Source: Terriglobia bacterium (GTDB taxonomy: Bacteria > Acidobacteriota > Terriglobia > 20CM-2-55-15). From it: a stretch of 64,000 nucleotides of DNA. The first letter of the stretch is position 1. Each line of letters begins with the position of its first letter. Of this stretch, positions 56,476-64,000 are shown piece after piece. Both the position numbers and the translations under genes were made by a program. The stretch covers positions 192,001 through 256,000 of the forward strand of contig CAXWPJ010000010.1 in NCBI GenBank assembly GCA_963664115.2, written 5' to 3'. The notes beneath the pieces are model-generated. The model saw only the letters and a list, made by a program, of their open reading frames with translations. It did not search any database and was not told the origin of the DNA.

Positions 56476-59145
56476 TCAAGGCACCGGCACCCGTTCCTTC
56501 AGTTCTTCAAACCAGTTTAGGACCACGATGATCTCGCCCCCGCGTGAGTCGTTCTCTGATTCGCGAATCATGAGAAAACGTTCGCCATCCGGCGCGATGT
56601 CGTAAGTGTGGGAACGGAATCCAGAGGATCGCAGGTAAGGACCGGAGAACAGCTCTCTCTGCTGCGTTGCCACGAAGGCCGGAGTCGTCTCGACCGAGGC
56701 CGCCATCACTCTACTCCCTTGGCGGTAGTAGATTTCAGTTCCGTTGGGGGACCATATAGGTTCTTCTCCTCCCGCTCGGGACACGCGCCATGGCCCTCCA
56801 TCTGCGACGTTAGGAAACGGCCTGACCAAGATCTCTGGTTGGCCTAACTCGTCGGACGAATAGACCATCCAGCGACCGTCTGGGGAGATTTGCGCGTGTC
56901 GTTCTCCCGAATCTGAAGCAAGCAGTGCCTGTGGACTGGGTTCACCAACCAGCGAGAGCTGTCTGAGGTCCGAGTCTGTCTCCGGCCTCACCGCGTATAC
57001 CAGCGTCTCTCCGTCAGGCGAGACAGAGGACAGTATCGGCGGTAATCCGGGAGGAAGTACCGCGATGCTCTCGGCTTGATCCGTGCCGTCCGCACGTCGC
57101 CGAAAAACCGTAAACACCCCCTCCGGGTCGGAAAGGAACACCACGTGTTGCCCATCCGGCGTCCACAACGGCTGCATGTCGGCTGTCGTCACATCGAAGA
57201 TGAATGGCCTTGTTGTTTCTCCCACCACGTCGTGCAGCCACAAATCTTCCCGAGACTCCGGACCCTCAGCAACAAGAGCGACCCTCATCCCATCGGGCGA
57301 AATCTGTACACCGCCGTAGGCGAGTGTCTCGCCTTGAAGAGGCTCTTCACTCCCCGCGCGATCGACCCATACCAACGCCCTTGCGCCGTCACCCATGTCC
57401 GCCGGGATGTAGGTCATCGCTCCGCTCTCAGCGAGGGCGAATTGCACCGCGCCACCGCCCTCTATTCGAACCCCCTCAAGCACCGGAAGTGCATTGCCGG
57501 TAATCTCGAGTCGGGACTCATCGAACGGGACCGCCCACAACGATGCGCCAGTCTGCGCGTAGAGTAGATGACCCGTAGGCGAGTAACGAGGGAAGAAGCC
57601 ATTGCCGAGCACCTTTCTCTCTCCGGTCTGCAGAGACACCACTGCAATCTGGGCCGTGTCCAGCGAACCTGACCAGATCGTGAATAGCACCGCGTCACCA
57701 GCAGGCAGGAACGCGGGCTCGTCGTGATATATCTCACCGGCTTGCAGCCTGGTCAGCTGCTCCGGAGCGCCTCCCGTCAACGATAGCCGCGAGAGTGCGA
57801 GCGTGTTGGAATCTGAAAACACGATCGTCTGATCGGGACCCCAGGTGCTACCAAAGCCACCACATTCGCAGATCGTTGTCGGCGATTCTCCTGCCAAAGA
57901 AACCCTCTTCAGACCGTCGGGACTCCCGAATGCAAGCCACTGGCCATCAGGCGAAAAGAAAGGGAAGTCCGCACCCTCCGAGCCGCGGATCGGTACGGCT
58001 TCAAGTCCGTTTATGGGACGACGGTACAGTTGGTCTCCCTCCTCAGTAAAGGCTCTGTAGACGAGTTCCTGACCGTCGGGAGACAGCGCGAGAAGATGCC
58101 CCACCCTTGGGGGGAGCTCACCACTGACATCGATTGCAAAACGTGCCGCAGTCTGGTTCGACGAAGCTGGTCCTGACGACCAACTGGCGACAACCGCAAT
58201 CAGGAGCGCAACCCCCGTGACAACCCACGGCACTTTCGACTGCGGTGCTGCATGAGCAACCCCACCAACCGACTGCACGAGCACACCGCTCGGGTCCGCC
58301 AGCACTTTCTCGATGTCCGCTTTCACATCACCTATATCCTGGAATCTTGTTGCGGCTTGTTTGTCAAGACACCGTTCCACCACTTCCCGAAGTCGTGGAT
58401 GAAGATTAGGGGGCAGAGTGTCCCACTCCGGCTGCAGGCTGATCACGGCCGAGAGAGACTCCGCCACATCGGACTTACCGAAGGACTGACGGCCTGTGAG
58501 CATTTCATAGAGGACACAGCCGAACGCGAATATGTCCGTGCGTTTGTCAACTGCGCGGCCCTTGGCTTGTTCAGGGCTCATATAGGCGGCGGTGCCGAGG
58601 ATCATTCCTTGCTGCGTAGCCGCCATACTCAGCGTTGGCGAGTTCGATACGCTTGCGTCGACCTCATCACCGGCAAACGCTTTAGCTAACCCAAAGTCGA
58701 GCACTTTCACATTGTCGTCGTCGGTGACTTTGATGTTCAGAGGCTTTAGGTCTCGATGGATGACACCTTTTTCGTGTGCAGCCTTGAGAGCATCGGCGAC
58801 TTGTAGAGCTATTTTGAGCGAGTCCTCAACAGCTATGGCTCCACGGTTTAGGCGATCCGCGAGTGTGTCCCCTTCGACAAGTTCCAAGACGAGGAAGTGC
58901 GTTCCGTTGTGTTCCTCAAATCCGTGGATGGCTGCAATGTTCGGGTGATTCAGAGAGGCCAGTAGCTTCGCTTCACGTTCAAACCGTGCAAGTCGGTCCG
59001 CATCCTTGGCGAACTCTTCGGGCAGCGTCTTGATCGCCACTTCGCGCCCGAGTTTTGTGTCCCGCGCACGCCAAACTTCTCCCATGCCTCCTTTACCCAG
59101 GAGGGTTGAGATCTCGTAGTGGCCGAGTTTGGTGCCAGATTCCAT
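56476..59145 (-). CDS. Hanks-type Ser/Thr protein kinase with a TM segment and PD40/TolB-like beta-propellers
   Basis: GKGGMG, VAIK, HRDLKPLN, DFG and YMSPE. TM segment VPWVVTGVALLIAVVA. SPDG repeats. Ends in VLNWFEELKERVPVP. Confidence 0.95.
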   Translation of the reverse strand: MESGTKLGHYEISTLLGKGGMGEVWRARDTKLGREVAIKTLPEEFAKDADRLARFEREAKLLASLNHPNIAAIHGFEEHNGTHFLVLELVEGDTLADRLNRGAIAVEDSLKIALQVADALKAAHEKGVIHRDLKPLNIKVTDDDNVKVLDFGLAKAFAGDEVDASVSNSPTLSMAATQQGMILGTAAYMSPEQAKGRAVDKRTDIFAFGCVLYEMLTGRQSFGKSDVAESLSAVISLQPEWDTLPPNLHPRLREVVERCLDKQAATRFQDIGDVKADIEKVLADPSGVLVQSVGGVAHAAPQSKVPWVVTGVALLIAVVASWSSGPASSNQTAARFAIDVSGELPPRVGHLLALSPDGQELVYRAFTEEGDQLYRRPINGLEAVPIRGSEGADFPFFSPDGQWLAFGSPDGLKRVSLAGESPTTICECGGFGSTWGPDQTIVFSDSNTLALSRLSLTGGAPEQLTRLQAGEIYHDEPAFLPAGDAVLFTIWSGSLDTAQIAVVSLQTGERKVLGNGFFPRYSPTGHLLYAQTGASLWAVPFDESRLEITGNALPVLEGVRIEGGGAVQFALAESGAMTYIPADMGDGARALVWVDRAGSEEPLQGETLAYGGVQISPDGMRVALVAEGPESREDLWLHDVVGETTRPFIFDVTTADMQPLWTPDGQHVVFLSDPEGVFTVFRRRADGTDQAESIAVLPPGLPPILSSVSPDGETLVYAVRPETDSDLRQLSLVGEPSPQALLASDSGERHAQISPDGRWMVYSSDELGQPEILVRPFPNVADGGPWRVSRAGGEEPIWSPNGTEIYYRQGSRVMAASVETTPAFVATQQRELFSGPYLRSSGFRSHTYDIAPDGERFLMIRESENDSRGGEIIVVLNWFEELKERVPVP

Positions 59146-59252
59146 AAAATAGTGTGTACCTAAACGAACAGTGAAAAAGTTGGATAAATCTAACTACAGG
59201 TGGGGTTTATAAGCAAGGAAGTTGTGAGCTGGCGGATCTCATCCAATTCTCA

Positions 59253-59280
59253 ACGTCCGACAAGATGATTTCTCAGGACT
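59253..59280 (+). repeat. dif-like site A12 with kinase-tail remnant
   Basis: acgtccgacaa-gatgat-ttctcaggact, with a tail remnant at 59293-59335. Confidence 0.85.
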
Positions 59281-59417
59281 TGACCCCGAAAATCAAGGGA
59301 CCGGCACCCGTTCTTTGAGTTCTTCAAACCCGTTCTGAACCCCGATGGTCCGGGATTGCCCTGCTTCACTGTTTGTGCTCGCGTTGTCTGAAGACGATTT
59401 GAGCCCGAATCACAGGC

Positions 59418-60113
59418 TTAGCCGGCATATAGCAAGCTATAACCATACTCTTGTGCCCGTGTGAGGGCCATGACGCCGGCAGAAACGAAGCGGCTGTTCG
59501 GGATCGCTCCCGCAACCAGCTCCTCATACACGGCATCGGTAGACCCACCCTGAGCATTCGCAATCTGTTGAGCGAAAAACTGTGTCGCTGCATTACACAC
59601 GGCAAATTGGGTACCTCTCTCGACTAGAGAATCAATCGTATTCCCGAAATTTGGCAGAGTCGAATGATCGGCCGAGTTCATCAGGTTGATCATCGGCGGC
59701 CCGCCTGTGTCGGGATCTGAATAATTCATCAGTCCTTGAAAAACTCCACCATATTTCGACCAGACCCCGTCGTTGTAGCCAAAGGGAGTGGAGAGGTGGC
59801 GAAAGCAGACCACCATGGCGAAATCGACCGGGCTACCCGAGCAGGCATTCTCCTGAGCGTTGTAGAGGTTGTTCGCGTACAGCAGGGCCTCGGCCCCGCC
59901 CAATGCCGTAGCGGAATCGACGAAGACCCGGTGTTGACCCCCCAACTCGTCCATCCACCCGTCCAGCCCATGGCGAGTGGGCACGAAGCCAGCCGCCGAC
60001 TCTGTTGCCACCGGTGTCTGAGCGCATGCCGTCGTCGCCCCTACCGCGAAACCGGCGGCAGCGGCTCCCATTCCAACCATCAAACGTCGGCGTCCAAGGT
60101 TATCCTGCTGCAT
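59418..60113 (-). CDS. Tat-exported DsrE-like protein
   Basis: GRRRLM twin-arginine signal, FAVCNAAT and VSAGVMALTRAQEYGY. Confidence 0.7.
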   Translation of the reverse strand: MQQDNLGRRRLMVGMGAAAAGFAVGATTACAQTPVATESAAGFVPTRHGLDGWMDELGGQHRVFVDSATALGGAEALLYANNLYNAQENACSGSPVDFAMVVCFRHLSTPFGYNDGVWSKYGGVFQGLMNYSDPDTGGPPMINLMNSADHSTLPNFGNTIDSLVERGTQFAVCNAATQFFAQQIANAQGGSTDAVYEELVAGAIPNSRFVSAGVMALTRAQEYGYSLLYAG

Positions 60114-60254
60114 CGTGACGTCTCCTTTTGCGGGTTCGACGCGTCGAGTCACCGTGGATCGGTGTCTGGCGGTGAACCGAGTTTGCGATCCAAACTTCTC
60201 TCTATCAGGCAAGACAGAACCGCCATGCGGGTCGTCCTAAACTCATAGTGCAGT

Positions 60255-60330
60255 CAAACACCTCACTCATTCCACCCCTGCCCAAAAGTGTGAGGATCTC
60301 GTAGTGGCCGAGTTTGGCGCCAGATTCCAT
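60255..60330 (-). pseudogene. Kinase N-terminal remnant (about 25 codons)
   Basis: MESGAKLGHYEILTLLGRGGMSEV. Confidence 0.8.
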
Positions 60331-60412
60331 CGTTCATAGTGTGTCGCTGAAAAACCGTGAAAAACTTGGTAAACGATACTAGAGGTGGGTGTTAGGCGCT
60401 ATCAAATTCTCA

Positions 60413-60506
60413 AGTCCTGAGAAACTTTGTAGGTAGTTGAGAAATAGGCCAATTATTGGGGTTTTTGGGGAATTCTCAACTTCCGCGAAGATGATTTCTC
60501 AGGACT
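60413..60506. repeat. Site pair B5 (60413-60437, shortened spacer) and A13 (60479-60506)
   Basis: agtcctgagaa-act-ttgtaggtagt-tgagaa, then acttccgcgaa-gatgat-ttctcaggact, then a tail remnant at 60518-60557. Confidence 0.8.
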
Positions 60507-60611
60507 TGAACTCGCAAATCATGGGACCGGCACGCGTTCCTTCAGTTCCTCAAACCAACGTCAGGCTGTTTTATACGTTCACGTTCGCAGCTCCAACGCT
60601 CACCTCGAAGA

Positions 60612-60839
60612 TTACGAATTCTTCTGGTATGGAGATACCTTCGCCGCACTGTAATCAGAGCGATGCCCGCATTCAGATTCGCTGCAGGTGAGAAACAGCT
60701 GTGCCAGCGGCTCGAACGGACCGTGTCCTTCGGTTCGATCCAGACCGAACAAAATCGGCGAGTGGCATTTCGCACAAAGCACACTCAAGTACCATCGCTT
60801 CTCAGTCGATTTTGGAAATCGGGAAAACTGCATAAGCAC
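60612..60839 (-). CDS. Small putative zinc-ribbon protein
   Basis: CAKC and CSESEC motifs. It is the only ORF between A13 and A14. Confidence 0.45.
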   Translation of the reverse strand: MLMQFSRFPKSTEKRWYLSVLCAKCHSPILFGLDRTEGHGPFEPLAQLFLTCSESECGHRSDYSAAKVSPYQKNS

Positions 60840-60867
60840 ACGGTTTTGGGGGATCGCGCAATTCTCA

Positions 60868-60895
60868 ACGTCCGAGAAGATGATTTCTCAGGACT
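60868..60895 (+). repeat. dif-like site A14 with kinase C-terminal fragment (60908-61060, minus strand)
   Basis: acgtccgagaa-gatgat-ttctcaggact, then YDITPDGERF...INIVLNWFEELKERVPVP. Confidence 0.85.
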
Positions 60896-61217
60896 TGACC
60901 TCGAAAATCAGGGGACCGGAACCCGCTCCTTCAGTTCTTCAAACCAGTTCAGGACGATGTTGATTTGGGGGACAGGGGCATCAGTGTCGCCAGTGTCCGC
61001 CACGGCGGTTGTCTGAACGAACACGAACCGCTCGCCGTCGGGAGTGATGTCGTACGTTGGAGCTAAAGTAATCTCGTTCAGCTTAACCCGAGCATCGCGA
61101 TCGGAACCAGGGATTATAGTTGACATGCACGGGGGAGAGGATCATATTTCGGGGCCAAGGAGCAATTCAAATCGGAAATTCCGGTTAAGTTGCATCCCGG
61201 TTCAAGGAGGTCTGAAA

Positions 61218-63398
61218 ATGAAGCGAGTCGATTTTTCTCACTGGCGCCGGAAAACAACTAGAGTCGCGGTTCTGGCTGTGGGAGGGGGTTTGGCTGCCGG
61301 GGCGCTATCCAGTGCTGCTGTTGCACAGTATTCCACTTTCCCGCAGGTCAACCCCGCCGTCACCACGAGGATTGACCGCGCCCCGAACTGGCTCAATGAA
61401 CCCGATCCCAATGAGACCTTCGCCGGACAGGTTGCAGTATTCGCCGCGGGGGACGAAATCATCGCGGCAAGCCCCCGGAAGCTCTTCGTTTACGATCGGC
61501 TAGCCAATACTCCCCCCAGGGCTACGTTGACGGAACCAAAGCGCCTGATCGCCGGAGAAGCTACCCTAATGTCGGACAACTGCGGTATCTATGTGGACCC
61601 GGAGACCGGCGAGATTTACGCCATTTCCAACGACATTTCCAACGCTTTGACCGTCTTTGGCCCGAGCGACACGGGGAATATAGCTCCGCGACGGAAGCTG
61701 ATCACTCCCCAGACCGTCTACGGCATGTCAATAGATGACGAGAGCGAGGAGATGTTTATGACCGTCGGGCATCCTCCGGCGGTGTTTGCGTTCGACAAGT
61801 TCGCCGAAGGAAATGACCCCGCCAAGCGCATCTTGGAGGGGTACCACACCCAGCTCGCTTATCCCCACGGAGTTGCAGTGGATCCCGAGAACCAGTTGAT
61901 GTATGTCATCAATAACGGCGCGGTGGCAGACAGTTATGGTGGGCTGGCGTGGCGGAGGTGGCCGGTCCCTCAACTGGACGGCGAGCCTCCAATGAACACA
62001 CTGTGGGGGGTCCCCTGCCAGAACGTGCCCGGAATTGATTGCCAAAATGGAGGGGAGTGGTACCGGGAGTTTCCAGGCAATCGTTACAAGTTTCTAGGCC
62101 GGGGGACTGTGATTCCCGGCAGCGGCCGGTTTGAGCCTCCCTCGATCACGGTCTATCCGATCAAGGCGGACGGGGATGTGCCCCCGATCCGGGTCATCCA
62201 GGGACCGAACGCGCAGTTGAACTGGCCCATGCATATTTTCGTGGATAGCGAGAATGGAGAACTTTTTGTGGCCAACGCTGGTGGAAATTCCATTCTGGTT
62301 TTCCGCGTCACCGACAACGGCGATGTGGCGCCGATTCGAACCATCAAGGGGCCCCAGACAGGACTCAGGAATCCTGTCGGCGTCTGGGTAGACAACGAGA
62401 ATGACGAGGTGGTGGTGTCGGATGTGCGTACGCACTCGGTGTCCGTCTTTCGACGCACGGCTGACGGCGATACCCCGCCGCTGCGAGTCATCCGCAACTC
62501 ACCTCTCGGCGTGGAGGCCCCGTCTCTCGGGCGAGTGACCGGCATAGCCTATGATAGCAGGCGAGATCAGATCCTGGCGCCGAACTGACTGGCGTACCCG
62601 CAGATTGCGGCATTCGCCAGGCTGGCGACGGAACCAGGGCAGATGCCCGTGAGGTTGATCCAAGGGCAGGCAACCAAGTTGGCTCGCAGCGTCCACAACG
62701 TCCGTTATGACCCGGTTCATGATGAATTCGTAATCGCCTCTCCAGTGGCCCAGGCCATTAGTGTCTTCCGAGGGGGGGCCGATGGCAACGAAGCGCCGCT
62801 CCGGGTCATTCAAGGACCTAACACGATGCTGTGGGACCCCGACTTCGTGGACGTGAGTGGTGTTCACAACGAAATTTATGTTACTTCCGGCGAGAGGGTT
62901 CTGGTATTCGATTCACAGGCGAATGGGGATGTGGCCCCGCTCCGGGTCATCGAGGGCCCCAATGCTAGGTTGGGCAGGATGCGGGGAGCTCCGCAGGTCG
63001 TAGAGGATCTCGACCTGATGGTCGTAGGTTCGGGCCCCATCCCAGGGGAACCGGACAACAGAGCGCTGTTGATCTTCAACCGGACCGACAACGGAAACGT
63101 GGCGCCCCAAAGGGTGATTACTTCGGTTTCTGTGGGAGGCGACTTCGTGGTCTCGCCGAAGGGCTGGATCCTGATCACGGGTAGAGGAGAAGATGGATAC
63201 AGAGAGATCCGCATCTGGAGCGTCTACGACGATGGAGACGCTCCTCCCCGCTGGGTTTTTGGAGGCCCGCAGAGTAATTTGGGTGGCGGCAACTTGGCGT
63301 TGAATCCGATAGCAAAAGAGGTGATGGCGCTGACTGGCGACGAGAACACCATCGCAGGGTACCCTTTACCGGAGATTTTCGATATCGACGCGAACTAG
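61218..63398 (+). CDS. Exported multi-blade beta-propeller protein with an in-frame TGA at 62586-62588 (candidate selenoprotein)
   Basis: RBS aaggagg. The repeats (DGDVPPIRVIQGP) continue in the same frame on both sides of the TGA. A hairpin lies directly after the TGA. Confidence 0.7.
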
Positions 63399-63408
63399 TT
63401 CCCTGTTA

Positions 63409-63459
63409 ATGCTCTGCTTTATGCGACACTCCTGCGGGAGTATTGCATAAGCAGAGCAT
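63409..63459. terminator. Long inverted repeat, possible terminator
   Basis: atgctctgctttatgc...gcataagcagagcat after the propeller gene. Confidence 0.45.
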
Positions 63460-63605
63460 GTTTAGCTTAGCGCCGCAGCGAGACATTGGGTCAAGTGACA
63501 CCCGAGAAGAAGAAAGAAAGTGAATCACCGTTTCTCATGTCGAAAAATACCTCGACGATATCAAAACCGTGGTTTGTCAGAAGACTGCGGGACAAGTTCC
63601 GACGG

Positions 63606-64000
63606 AACCTGTTCTCGCACGGGCTCCGGAATCCGGTTCCAGCAGAAGCCGGGGCCGAAATGCCGATCCAATAAACCGGCAGCGCCACGCTCTTTGTATC
63701 GCCGATACCAGTCATAGAACGTACTGCGAGGGACTCCCAGTTCGCGCAATGTCGCTGTCACCGACAACTCCGAGTCTTCCACCAGCCGAATCGTTTCCAG
63801 CTTTTCCGATCCCGATTGCCTCATATATCGATACTCTCGGAGTCCGCTATGTTCAGCGTTTTTTTCAGAAAACGATTCTTCAGCAGTATTTCAGCCACGG
63901 CCTGCTTCAGTTGTTCGTTCTCCTGCCGCAATTCGGTGCCTTCGCTCGATGTCGCTTCCCGCTTCGTGTCCCCAGCCAGCCGTTTCTTCCCCGCCTCCAG
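63606..64000 (-). mobile_element. Truncated relative of the IS at 15901-17390
   Basis: MRQSGSEKLETIRLVEDSEL...VREQV, then homology stops. Runs off the window end. Confidence 0.85.

Noticed and set aside
25826-61060. Diversity-generating retroelement template/variable repeats in the kinase tails
   Set aside because: No reverse transcriptase is present. The differences are not adenine-specific and the tail peptide is conserved.

Overview
Accessory chromosomal region of a bacterium (Acidobacteria-like gene content, inferred). It starts with metabolic genes (Mo-oxidoreductase, LigB/LigA-like dioxygenase, ligK, a lone groEL with a perfect CIRCE box). An IS-riddled integrase/tRNA-Ser island follows. 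The dominant unexplained structure is a 28-bp 11-6-11 dif/Xer-like site, consensus A(C/G/T)(G/T)TCCGAGAA-GATGAT-TT(C/A)TCAGGACT. It occurs 14 times in direct orientation between 7.4 and 60.9 kb, plus one inverted half-site at 2.2 kb. Five inverted partner sites carry a different spacer. The sites delimit modules built on the shell of a Ser/Thr kinase-beta-propeller gene: leader plus N-terminal MESGTKLGHY... at one end and C-terminal ...VLNWFEELKERVPVP* at the other. One module holds the intact kinase; in the others the interior is replaced by unrelated, mostly exported cargo genes. An IS1111-type IS110 element, whose non-coding region carries guide-like matches to this site, and an IS30-family element are inserted inside the sites. 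Two genes have in-frame TGA codons followed by SECIS-like hairpins (candidate selenoproteins). Coordinates were counted by eye and may be off by a few bases. Family assignments come from motif recognition, not database searches.
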